Of a DNA stretch of 64,000 nt, positions 12,467-24,200 are shown piece after piece. The stretch is from Macrostomum lignano (Eukaryota). The translations under genes were made by a program, and so were the position numbers. Location of the stretch: contig NIVC01000616.1 in assembly GCA_002269645.1 (NCBI GenBank), positions 446,636 through 510,635 on the forward strand. The letters are read 5' to 3'. Position 1 is the first letter of the stretch; each line of letters begins with the position of its first letter. The notes beneath the pieces were generated by a model that saw nothing but the letters and a program-made list of their open reading frames with translations, was not told the DNA's origin and ran no database searches.

Positions 12467-14430
12467 CTAGGCCTCGCACAGACCCGCCGCTGTCGGTGGC
12501 TCTCTGAGCTTCTTCAGGTTGGCGAACTGGTAAACCAAGCGCTGGCCGTCAACTTTATTGAGAATTCCTCGGGCGTAGTAGTATCTGAGGGACATTTTGA
12601 GAAGATTATTGTAAAATTTATGGCTGTTTCTATGCTGTTTCTGTGGTGTTGCTATGCTGTTTCATTGGTGTTGCTATGCTGTTACGATGATGTTGCTATG
12701 CTATTGCTTTGCTGTTGCTATGCTGTTTCTATGCTGTTGCTATGTTGTTGCTATGATGTTGCTATGCTGTTACAATGGTTTTGCTAAGCTGTTTCTATGT
12801 TGTTGCTATGCAGTTTCTATATGTTGTTTCTATGCTGTTTCGATGCTGTTGCTATGCTTTTGCTATGCTGTTGCTATGCTTTTGCTATGCTGTTGCTATG
12901 CTTTTGCTATGCTGTTGCTATGCTGTTGTTAAGTGTTCTCACCTGAGAGCTCGGCCCATTGTCTCGTACGTCATGTCCGGCTTGTTCTTGAGCATGCCCC
13001 ACAGCTTGGACACGGCCCGACTGTCCACCAGCTTGAAGACGCCTCGCTCCTTGTCCAGCCACTTGATGAAGCGCGGACTGTAGGTGGGATTGTGCAGCAG
13101 GTCGAGCAGAAACTCCCACAGGTAGGTCTGGCCGCCGTCTCGCCTGCGCTTCGGGCAGACGAGCTGAACCTCTTCGCCGAACGGACTGTAGGTGCAGTGC
13201 TCTGCGCAGGTGCAAGTCGAGTGGATAAGCTTGTTAGAATTCATGCACAGTAATGTAATAAGGTCAATTAAGGTTAAACTTTGTATCGAGTCCTCACCTC
13301 GCTTAGTAGTGGCGTGAGCAGCAAAGGACTCGCCCATTCGGTGCCTTCGCAGACTGTCGGTGTCCATGATCACCAGGTCATCGCACTGGCCGCCGGTCTC
13401 CAGCCTGAGCTGCTGGTCGCGGGTCACCCGGTGCGCCGTCTTGATCCGCGTGTGCGTGTGCGACGGCTGCGGCCGAGGCGGCTGCTGCACGGCCGACTGC
13501 ATCGGAGGGTCGTCGGCTTTGCTCAGCAGGCCGACCCGACCGGCGGAGGCGGAGGCGGTCGGGGCGCCGGGCATCGGGAAGTCGGGCGTTGTCGGGGTCT
13601 TGATGAACTGCTGCCAGGACAGGCCGCCTGCGACCACCTGGCGGGGCTGGTGCGGCAGCTGGTAAGTCGGCTTCGGCTTGACCAGACCGGCCACCGCGGC
13701 TGCCATCTCACTGGCGTCGAACTCGGACAGGCCGGACACGCCAGAGTCGGTCGGGCTGCTCGGCACGAGGCTGGCGAGTTCGGACTCATCTGAGCAGTGG
13801 GGGGTTGGGGAGTTCGGCTGTTGAGTATGGTCCGAGTTTGGTAGCCAAGTGCGGGGAATCGCCCTGAACTTGAGCCGCTGATTATAACAAAACCCAGATT
13901 GGCGCGGGATCAACCTTTGCTCTGTTGATTTCGCTATCGGAGCTGATAGCTGGGGTCCTTAGCCCGAAAAACATTCGAGTAGACTTCGGGTTGGGGCCCG
14001 AGATAACTTAGTTTTTTTCTGGTCAGATAAGACCCCAGGTGCAACTTGAAACGTTTTCGGGACAGATTCGAGAGCGAGGAGAATGACAAAGGTCAGCTGA
14101 GCCAGCTCGAGCCATGCCTTGCTGAGCTGAGATAAGATTAACAAACGCCTGCGGCGCCTCGCGGCCTGCGGATCGAAATGTCAACTCGGAAGGAATTGGG
14201 GGAGGGTGGGGGCGTTCGCGGGGGTTCGGGTTTGTACTTGTCTTCTTGAGGCTCCGAGTCTGCACCCTGTGCCAGCTGGTGGCGTATCGCAGTGTTTATG
14301 CCTAGTTGCTATGACAACGCGCTAATTTCCCATTCACAGGCTAGCGGGGACCCACGTACTAGCGTGAGTGACGTAGCGCTGCAGTAGCTTCTTCTTAAAG
14401 CACTGGCTGGAGTCCTGTTGCTGCTGCTGT

Positions 14431-14471
<41 letters not shown>

Positions 14472-16259
14472 CTGAAGCAGAAGACGTTGCTGAAATCGAT
14501 AAAGCTCTGCTTCCGATGCCAGCTGTTGCTGCTGCTGCTGCTGCTGCTGGATGCAAGCCTGCCTGAGCTGCTGTTGCCAGAAGAGGTAGGCAAAGTACTG
14601 CTCATACCTGCTCACCAAATCCATGTGGCGCTGCTGGTCCATCTGTCTCTCTTCGCTATTGTATGAATATGAATTATTGCGCTATCGGCTGCACTGCTTC
14701 TCTGCTGCTCACTTGAGAAGAACTCCGAGATTTCACGACAGTCAAAAAACGCAGTTTGGTCTTTTATAGTCCAGGAGCGGCAGTTGCTGGAATTTGTTCT
14801 TCAGTTGGCCTGATAAGGCAGCCACCAGTGACTCCCGCCAGCGACACTTCTCTGCCTGCTCTAATCTCCGACTCCGGCTCGAGTCACGTGAGCGCGGAAA
14901 GAAGAAGAAAAAACCAACGAGAATGAAAATCTACCCCAGAACAGTCTGCTAACACGCTGCCGGCAGTTTGGGTTTCCCTACTTCCAAAGCTGCTGTTCCC
15001 ACAGAAATGCAGAATGCTGATTTTGTATCCAAACTCAGGTGGAGAGGCGCGAGACAAGCAGACTGTAGCAAATAATTAAGCCTGCTGCGACTTACTTATT
15101 AAGTGAGGGGAGGCGCTGACAGCTGAGGCAGAGGGGGGCGAGAGGACAGAGAATTCGGTGCGATATGTAACGATCAACCCTGAGCCAGACACAGCAGCAG
15201 CACAGAGTCACCGGCAGTCAGTGAATGGAGAGTCTGTTCCAGGCAGAGAAGTTCAGTGCTTGTGCACCAATGAGATTCAAGATGCCTCGGATTAACAGGG
15301 CGGGTAGGCAGGACTTGGGCGGAAGCCGAATTAGCGGTTACGCAGTTGGAGCCCCTTGGACCCGGCAAGCACAGCCTCAGTTTTTAGGGGGTGGGGGGTA
15401 GCGAACCTCTTGGAGGATGGCGCCATCAGTTTGCAGACAGCGTAAACGCTTCACTTCGTTCTGGACACCTTTCGAATTTCTTTTCAAATCAAAATTTTGG
15501 GCATACATTCCCCGCTCCTACTTCTCTACTGACTGCAGTAGAAAAACTGGGACATGGCTATCTAAATTTATTCTACGCGCATATATAGGATAAATCCGCC
15601 CAGATTTCAAGCGAACTCACCATCGCTGGGCAGCTTGACGTCAATCGGCTGGATCCGGAGCTGCCGCGGCCGGCTGGGCAGCTTGCGACGGCGACTGCCG
15701 AGGCTCGTCGGCGGCTGCTGCTGCTGGGCGCTGTGCCACAGGCTGCCTTCCTCGAGCGACATCTTAATCCGCTTCACGTCCAGCTCAATCATGTCCTCGG
15801 GATCCTGCTCGGACTCCGTCTGGTCGTCATCGATCAGCCCGAGACAGCTGCCGGCTGAGCTCGGCGCCTTCGACTGCTGCTGCTCGTCAAGCGCGGCTGG
15901 CGACGACTGCGGCGACTCCGACGGCAGCGGCGGCATCTGCCGGAGCCAGTCGTCCAGCGACAGGTTGACGTCATTGATCAACGAGACGGTGGACTCCTCC
16001 ATCTGTTGGGATTTCGGTTCAATCAGTGATAGAGAGTTAAACAAAGTCCCAGGTTCGATTCCGTACTTGCAGCTACATTGATTTCTGACTTCTGTGAAGC
16101 CCAACTGTGAAGCCCTTCTGTGACGGCCTGGCAGCTCACCTTCACCATCTCGTCCAGGAAGCTCTGCGTGGACTCGTTCAGTAAGGAGATGTCCACCCCG
16201 CCGGACTCCGGGATTTCCCAGCCGTTCTCGCTGAAGTCGAACTCGTCCAGGCTGGTCAT
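12467..16259 (-). CDS. E74: ETS transcription factor, ELF/E74 subfamily. Shared exons 13789-13298, 13201-12943, 12584-12467; candidate first exons 16259-16140 + 16002-15621 (acidic) or 14642-14360 (poly-Q)
   Basis: ETS domain [11 protein letters not shown]...[43 protein letters not shown]|[20 protein letters not shown]. The [25 protein letters not shown] signature is typical of ELF1/2/4 and E74. Splice phases match. The ETS exons are firm; the N-terminal exon assignment is inferred. Confidence 0.88.
12625..12930. repeat. Degenerate (GCTATGCTGTT)n low-complexity repeat in the last ETS intron; related tract at about 10300-10490
   Basis: Seen directly. Confidence 0.85.
14761..14768 (-). promoter_or_regulatory. 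Candidate TATA box (TATAAAAG) for the poly-Q first exon of the ETS gene
   Basis: Consensus TATAAAAG on the minus strand about 120 nt upstream of ATG 14642. Confidence 0.45.
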
Positions 16260-16729
16260 GGCTGTCGGGCGCGCGATCTGCAGAAATGCGAGAAATGCGT
16301 CGAGCTATTAGTAAGAAGACTCATTGCAGCTGTAGGCAGTTCGAAATGACTCAGTCAGAATCGCACACCCTGTGTGTACGGGCCTGTGTACACCGCTCAG
16401 CGCCCCTGCTCTCCTTATCTCTCGGCGGCCGACTGTTGAGCTTGGAAACAAAACCAACAGGAAAAACTGCCCGCCGCCGCCACCCTCCCCCACCGAGTCT
16501 TCGCAGCAGGTTTTGCACTCGGCGATTGTTGTGTAAACTGCTCTAATCAGCTCCGGCCAAATTGAGCTTTCTGCCGCGTTCCATGAGCTTATCGATTCAC
16601 GTAGCACTGGGACTGGAATACCATGGCCAGTAGTGACACTTCACCTGCCCGACTTAATCCGATCTTTATTTCAAAATATCCCAAAAGCGTTGGGAACCCG
16701 CGCTAATTTAAATTCCCATTGAAGTCCAA

Positions 16730-17705
16730 CCACGGGAACAAGAGACGCCACAATGGGAACAAGAGGCGCCACAATGGGAACAAGAGGCGCTACAAGGGAA
16801 ACAAGAGGCGCCACAAAGGGAAACAAGAGGCGCCACCAAGGGAAACAAGAGGCGCCACAAGGTGAACAAGAGGCGCCACAAGGTGAACAAGAGGCGCCAC
16901 AATGGGAACAAGAGGCGCCACAAGGTGAACAAGAGGCGCCACAAGGTGAACAAGAGGCCCCATAATGGGAACAAGAGGCGCCACAATGGGAACAAGAGGC
17001 GCTACAAGGGAAACAAGAGGCGCCACAAAGGGAAACAAGAGGCGCCACAAGGTGAACAAGAGGCGCCACAAGGTGAACAAGAGGCGCCACAAGGTGAACA
17101 AGAGGCCCCATAATGGGAACAAGAGGCGCCACAATGGGAACAAGAGGCGCCACAATGGGAACAAGAGGCGCTACAAGGGAAACAAGAGGCGCCACAAAGG
17201 GAAACAAGAGGCGCCACCAAGGGAAACAAGAGGCGCCACAAGGTGAACAAGAGGCGCCACAAGGTGAACAAGAGGCGCCACAATGGGAACAAGAGGCGCC
17301 ACAAGGTGAACAAGAGGCGCCACAAGGTGAACAAGAGGCCCCATAATGGGAACAAGAGGCGCCACAATGGGAACAAGAGGCGCTACAAGGTGAACAAGAG
17401 GCGCCACAAAGGGAAACAAGAGGCGCCACAAGGTGAACAAGAGGCGCCACAAGGTGAACAAGAGGCCCCATAATGGGAACAAGAGGCGCCACAATGGGAA
17501 CAAGAGGCGCTACAAGGGAAACAAGAGGCGCCACAAAGGGAAACAAGAGGCGCCACAAGGTGAACAAGAGGCGCCACAAGGTGAACAAGAGGCGCCACAA
17601 GGTGAACAAGAGGCGCCACAAGGTGAACAAGAGGCGCCACAATGGGAACAAGAGGCGCCACAATGGGAAACAAGAGGCGCCACAAGGTGAACAGGGGCGC
17701 CACAA
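16730..17705. repeat. 21-22-nt minisatellite (AACAAGAGGCGCCACAAKGKG) with higher-order structure
   Basis: About 45 variant units; the same order of variants recurs at a 381-nt offset (16862 vs 17243). Confidence 0.95.
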
Positions 17706-19084
17706 GGTAACGGGAGAGAACTGAAATGATGCATTTAAGTTCGAATCCTGCCAACCAATATTCTCAAATACACAACCAATAAACTTACCAATTACACTAA
17801 TAAATGAATCGATGACTATGGGAAATATACAAAGTAATTTGAGCAGAGAAAAAAATTTCTATAGAACAAAAGCTTCAAAGCTAACTTGAGACTGTGCCTT
17901 CACAATATTATATTTATATATGTGCGCTCGACACACAACCCCAACGAACACGCTGTGTAACCTTTTCACCTCTCTCCACCAACCCCCCTCCCTCCTCCCT
18001 CCTTAATTCGCGCATTTTTGGTACGAAATGTCTAAAATTGAGCCTCGAGCTGGAGCCACCCCATGCAGCCTATTATGGAGCTCTGCGCTATCGAGTTCTG
18101 GGGGCCAGGGCTGGATTCGTACACACGGCGCATTGACATGCGTGCACACACAGGCCGCGCGTAATTCACAATGAAATATGAAGGCACTGCGGCTGCGGGG
18201 CTGGGCTGTGAGTCACTGTGGAGAGTTTCCCACTGGGCCACTCGCCTTTAGCAAGAACCAGACAGAACAAAGAAAGCATACGATGCGCGTGGACGAACTC
18301 TAGCCAGCTGGCTTATTCCTGCTAGAGAGACATTTACTAAACATGCTTGGCTGAAGTGAGTCACTCCATCTAGCAGAACCCAAGGCGCGTGAATGAAATG
18401 CTCGCCTGCCCACCCAAGCCTGACTAATTTGGCCTGTGAATAAATGACAGGACATGCTATGGGCCGGCTCTAAGTATCTTAAAAGAGATATGGCGCAGCT
18501 GTATCAGAGCAATAAACTAAATATTTGACCTATCTGTTGAGTTTGCTTTAAGATAATTAACTGTCTGCAACAATTGCTATTTGTCTCAGAGAACCACTGT
18601 AACGCAAACTTACCCAGAGATATTGAAAGCAAAGTCGGCGCGAGTTGTCTGTTCTCCAGCTGTGCTCATGCAGTTCCTTGGCCGGTCGGTCTGTGGCGGA
18701 TTTATACCCCTGGCCTGAGCCGGGGGCTGGGGATTTGCAGTGCACAGGGGAGCAGGGAGGCCGGTGCTCCCTAGCCGTACAAATCCCTTATTTGGCTGCT
18801 GACTCACCCTGGCAAAATCCCGCACTGCGGGCTGCAGCCGCTACCTACTAATAATAGAAACACAGGTGGAGTGAGTCCTCCCAGGCCAACCTCGGCTCCT
18901 CGCCGTTCCCCGATCCCCATTCTCTCTTCCCCACTGAGCTCATCTGCTCCTGTACTATTAATAACCCCACCGCTGCTTAAAGTGGAAATTCTTGACAGTT
19001 TTTTTCTGTCAATTTTTAACAAAATCGGTTAAAAAGTTGAAACGGAACGCTTCATTTGAACATGATCTCTTCGTGAGTGAAATT

Positions 19085-19670
19085 GGGTGACAATGGGTGA
19101 GAAGGAGAGTGAGATTGGGTGAGAGGGAGAGTGAGATTGGATGAAGGAGAGTGAGATTGGGTGAGAAGGAGAGTGAGATTGGGTGAGAGGGAGAGTGAGA
19201 TTGGGTGAGAGGGAGAGTGATATTGGATAAAGGAGAGTGAGATTGGGTGAGAAGGTGAGTGAGATTGGATAAAAGAGAGTGAGATTGGATAAAAGAGAGT
19301 GAGATTGGATAAAAGAGAGTGAGATTGGGTGAGAGGGAGAGTGAGATTGGGTGAGAGGGAGAGTGAGATTGGGTGAGAGGGAGAGTGAGATTGGGTGAGA
19401 GGGAGAGTGAGATTGGGTGAGAGGGAGAGTGAGATTAAGTGAGAGGGAGAGTGAGATTGGGTGAGAGGGAGAGTGAGATTGGGTGAGAGGGAGAGTGAGA
19501 TTGGGTGAGAGGGAGAGTGAGATTGGGTGAGAAGGTGAGTGAGATTGGATAAAAGAGAGTGAGATTGGATGAAAGAGTGAGATTGGGTGGGAAGGAGAGT
19601 GATATTGGATATAGGAGAGTGAGATTATGTGAGAGGGAGAGTGAGATTGGGTGAGAGGAAGAGTGAGATA
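19085..19670. repeat. 22-nt purine-rich minisatellite (GAGAGGGAGAGTGAGATTGGGT)n
   Basis: Tandem copies. Confidence 0.9.
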
Positions 19671-20149
19671 GATGGGCGAGAAAACAAAAAAGAAAAGAAC
19701 TGATTGTCTCAATTGCAGCAAAAGCAGAAGACTCAAGCAAGCCAAACGAGAGTGCCAGAGCCCCCGGTTCCGAGCTCTGCATTCCACTCTAACAATAATC
19801 ATATTCGGTCGCACAAGCAGAGCAGAGAGTTCAGTTACAGAAAGCATGACGGCACCGTGCAGGGTTCCGCACGCACCGCGGCTAATTAATGGAACGCTCA
19901 TTAATTTTTTTCCAACACAAATACAGAAAATACTGCGTGGGCTGGGCCAAGGTCAGCGCCAATGGGCACTGCGATTTGCGCAATATCCAGCGCTGACTCA
20001 CATCGATAGTAGACTGAACCAGCGGGGGGTCTGTTTTCACCGTTGCGCCATCGGCTCCGCCTTCGCCTCTCAGCAATTTCTTGTGTCGTTCTGCTTTTAC
20101 TTTTTTGCTTTATCTAACAATTTTTCTTGACGTTCTCTGATTTGAAGCC

Positions 20150-20545
20150 TCCTCTCTCCTCCCCTCTCCTCTCCTCCCCTCTCCTCTCCTCTCCTCTCCT
20201 CTCCTCCCCTCTCCTCTCCTCCCCTCTCCTCTCCTCCCCTCCCCTCTCCTCTCCTCTCCTCTCCTCTCCTCCCCTCTCCTCCCCTCTCCTCCCTCTCCTC
20301 TCCTCCCCTCCCCTCTCCTCTCCTCTCCTCTCCTCTCCTCTCCTCTCCTCTCCTCCCTCCCCTCCCTCCCTCTCCTCTCCTCTCCTCCCTCTCCTCTCCT
20401 CTCCTCCCCTCCCCTCTCCTCCCCTCTCCTCTCCTCTCCTCCCCTCTCCTCTCCTCTCCTCCCCTCCCCTCTCCTCCCCTCTCCTCTCCTCTCCTCCCCT
20501 CTCCTCTCCTCTCCTCCCCTCCCCTCTCCTCTCCCCTATCTCCTA
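20150..20545. repeat. (CTCCT/CTCCC)n polypyrimidine microsatellite
   Basis: Seen directly. Confidence 0.9.
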
Positions 20546-20737
20546 TTGTCTTGTCTCGTCTCCTCTTTTCTATTTTTTCATTAAAGCAGGTGAGAAAAAA
20601 ACATCATATTTAACTATCAAATAATTCGTGTGAATTCGCAAAAAATGCTACAGACAGTAAAAAATTGCGACGTACGAGCGTATTAGGTTGGTTTCGCAGT
20701 GAAAAATAAAACTATGTGATGAACCGATTCTTATTTT

Positions 20738-20900
20738 GGCGCCATCGATTCTCATTTCGGCGCCATCGATTTTAACTTTGGTGCCATCGATTCTCATTTC
20801 GGCGCCATCGATTCTCATTTCGGCGCCGTAGATTCTCATTTCGGCGCCATCGATTCTCATTTTGGCGCCATCGATTTTAACTTTGGTGCCATCGATTCTC
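20738..20900. repeat. 21-nt tandem repeat (GCGCCATCGATTCTCATTTCG)n
   Basis: About 8 copies. Confidence 0.85.
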
Positions 20901-21292
20901 CAACGGTTTTCTAATCAGACTACTGATATAAGTAGAAATAAGCGAGTTTTCCTGCTAAATTTAGCAGATAGCCAAATAATATAATAATGATAGAAAGTCT
21001 GTTTATAGCAGGCAGGCAGACAATAAAAACGAAATCAATTGAGATTCTAGAACAGAACTGGAGTTGAAAACAGGACCACAGGCAGTAAAATTTGTGGTTA
21101 AAAAGTAATTGTTTATCATATAAATTAACAATGTTTTTAATAATTGAAAAAAACATTAAATTAGATAGTAGTTTCTATATTGAGCATAAATTTTAACCTG
21201 GTTCTGCTAGCTTATAAACTGGTTTAAAAAGTTATAAAAATGAATAAAGAGTTGAGTTTCACTTTGACAAACTGCTTCGAGCAGACTCGAAC

Positions 21293-24200
21293 TCAGTAAT
21301 AATCCACATAGAAGGAGGCCTGCTGGAACACTCCAGTCACCTGCTTGCTGCTGAAGGAAGCAACCAGGGTAATTGGACCGGCCCGATAGAAGCGAACCTT
21401 GAAGGTGGCAGCCGCTTCAGCTCCCGGCTCAATGTCGCTGCATGGGGGAGAGAGGTTTGAAAATCCTCTTTGTATCATTATCTTAGTCGGCTTTAAAAAA
21501 GATACAAAATACGAATTAAAATGCGCCTAAACTACTTATGCTTTGTCAGTAGTATATTTTTGCACTGTTATAGATTTCTGTTAGTAGTAGGACTTTCAGT
21601 GGAAAAATAATTTTGTGCTTTTTACCAGTCTCAGATACGATAGCCCCAAAAGGGCCGTTTTAGCTAAATCAGGCCAATGACTCACTCGACTTTCTGCTCC
21701 AAATCGTAGCTTCTCAAGCCGGGCGCCTCGATGGAGAATTTCGCGTCGGTGAGCGCGAACTCCAGGTCGTTCTTCAGCTCCACCACAATCTCGCTTGTGC
21801 GGTACTTTTTAATTGACTCCGGAACCTGGATTGGGCGTGCGGGATTTGCAGTGCTTCGGAGTAGATAGGGATCACAGTTAATAATAAAATATCAGGTGAT
21901 TAAAATATATAACTTTTTGGCGTGATCTGGTCTTGGGTGCTTGGGGTGTTGGGCGTTTTGGGGTGGTGGGTGATTTGGGGGGGGGGTAGCTGTTTTGGGG
22001 TGGCGGGTGTTTTGGGGTGGTGGCTGTTTTGGGGTGGTGGCTGTTTTGGGGTGGTGGCTGTTTTGGGGTGGCGGGTGTTTTGGGGTGGTGGCTGTTTTGG
22101 GGTGGCGGGTGTTCTTGGGTGGCGGATGTTTTTGGGTGGCGGATGTTTTTGGGTGGCGGATGTTTTTGGGTGGCGGATGTTTTTGGGTGGCGGATGTTTC
22201 TGGGTGGCGGATGTTTTTGGGTGGCGGATGTTTTGGGGTGGTGGGTTTTTTGGGGTGTTGGGTGATTGGGTGTGGTGGGTGTTTTGGGGTGGTGGGTGAT
22301 TTGGGGGGGGTAGCTGTTTTGGGGTGGTGGCTGTTTTGGGGTGGTGGCTGTTTTGGGGTGGTGGCTGTTTTGGGGTGGTGGCTGTTTTGGGGTGGTGGCT
22401 GTTTTGGGGTGGTGGCTGTTTTGGGAGCTGCTTTTGCATCTGTTTCACCCCAAGTAAGAGGTTAAAATCTCACCCTGATAAGCAGATCAGGGTACAGAAT
22501 TCCGATCACGTGATCCAGGGTCTGCACTCGGTTCTCCGTGTCGGTGAGGGAAGCCTGAATGACGATGTCAACCTCTTCGTTGCCAAACTCCGTGTACTGC
22601 CAGGCATTGATTGACAGCTTCGCAGTGGTTTCTAAGAAACACAGGACGATAAGGTTTATAAGGATTTTGTCTTTTTAGTTTTAAAATTTCTGTAAGTGCC
22701 TGTAATTTTGCCGTGCCTGTCTGTAACTCCCCGTCATTAAATGAGCTCACCGACATTAGCTGGAAGGTCCAGCTTTACATTCTCCACGCTGAGCTCCTTG
22801 AGGTCCTTGCCGGCGCTGTTCCTGAGCACCGCTGAGCAGTAGCAGGAGCCCGCCCTGTCCCTGTCGCTCAGGTTCTTCACCGCCACCTCCACGCTGGCGT
22901 CCTGGCCGAACACGATGCCGGAGCTGGCGCCCGGGCCAGGCAGGATGCGCAGGCGCCACACGGGAGCCTCCTGACCGTCAGGGGAGACACGCGGCGGAGG
23001 CAGTCGCTCGTTGCCGGCCTGCCTGGCGAGCTCGCGGGCCCGCTCGAAGGTGGCCTGCTCCTCCGAGCTGCCCTCCTCGTACTTGTACAGGTTCGTCAAG
23101 TCTTGACGCTCAAAGGACCCGACAGCCTGCAGGAATGAAGGTTTTGGGGTAGCGGGTGTTTGGGGAGGTGGGTGTTTTGAGGTGGTGGGTGTTTTGGGGT
23201 GGTGGGTGTCTTGGGGAGGTGGGTGTTTTGGGGCGGTGGGTATTTTGGGGAGGTGGGTGTTTTGGGGTGGTGGGTGTTTTGGGAAGGTGGGTGTTTTGGG
23301 AAGGTGGGTGTTTTGGGGAGGTGGGTGTTTTGGGGTGGTGGGTGTTTTTGGGAGGTGGGTGTTTTGGGGCGGTGGGTATTTTGGGAAGGTGGGTGTTTTG
23401 GGAAGGTGGGTGTTTTGGGAAGGTGGGTGTTTTGGGGTGGTGGGTGTTTTGGTGAGATGGGTGTTTTGGGGTGGTGGGTGTTTTGGGAAGGTGGGTGTTT
23501 TGGGGAGGTGGGTGTTTTGGGGTGGTGGGTGTTATGGGGTGGTGGGTGTTTTGGGGTGGTGGGTGTTTGGGATGGCGGTGATTCTGAATACCTTTTGCAG
23601 GTGATTTACTCAAACTCTTCTCAAACTACCTTGGTGCTGAGGAACTTCCCAACAGACTCTGGGTCGGAATGGGCCTCGATCCAAGTCTCCCCGTTGTCGG
23701 GCGACACATAGCGCTTGACGCAGGCGTTAACCTCCGAGAAGATGAAGTTGGCGTCGTGCGGCACGTTGACCTCGCCCTCCCTGATGGCCAACAGCGGACA
23801 CGGCCCGGTCTGGAAGAACCCGCCGCTCACTTCCTGCGGTGTGGCGTCCACAGCCTGCCAGCCGTTGTAGCGCTTGCCGAGGTCCGGCCGCGTCATCCAC
23901 ATCTCGTTCCACACATGGAAGTTCCTGGAGATACGATTTTATTGATGTACATCCTGCCCCAGTCTATGTACAGTGTGTACATCCTGCCCCAGTCCATTTA
24001 CAGTGTGTACATCCTGCCCCAGTCCATGTACAGTATGTACACATCCTGCCCCAGTCTCTGTCAAGTGTGTACATCCACAACCAGTCAGAGCGTACATCCA
24101 GTGTGAGCACAGCCCCAACCAACCAGACGGAGTCGCTGTTTTTGTCCCGGAACGGCTCGCCGGTGCTGTGGTAGAACTTGTCGATCAGCAGGTTGGCGTG

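Noticed and set aside
14418-14666. Poly-Leu plus-strand ORF
   Set aside because: Antisense shadow of the CAG/CAA poly-Gln tract.
16730-17705. CRISPR-like appearance of regular repeats (also 6233-8648 and 40225-40865)
   Set aside because: No unique spacers and no cas genes; these are head-to-tail minisatellites in a eukaryotic genome.
17739-17748. B-box-like GTTCGAATCC
   Set aside because: No A-box or cloverleaf could be built around it, so a tRNA or SINE is not supported.
21935-22425. Telomere-like T4G4 repeats
   Set aside because: Units are 16-17 nt, heterogeneous and intronic; not a telomeric array.
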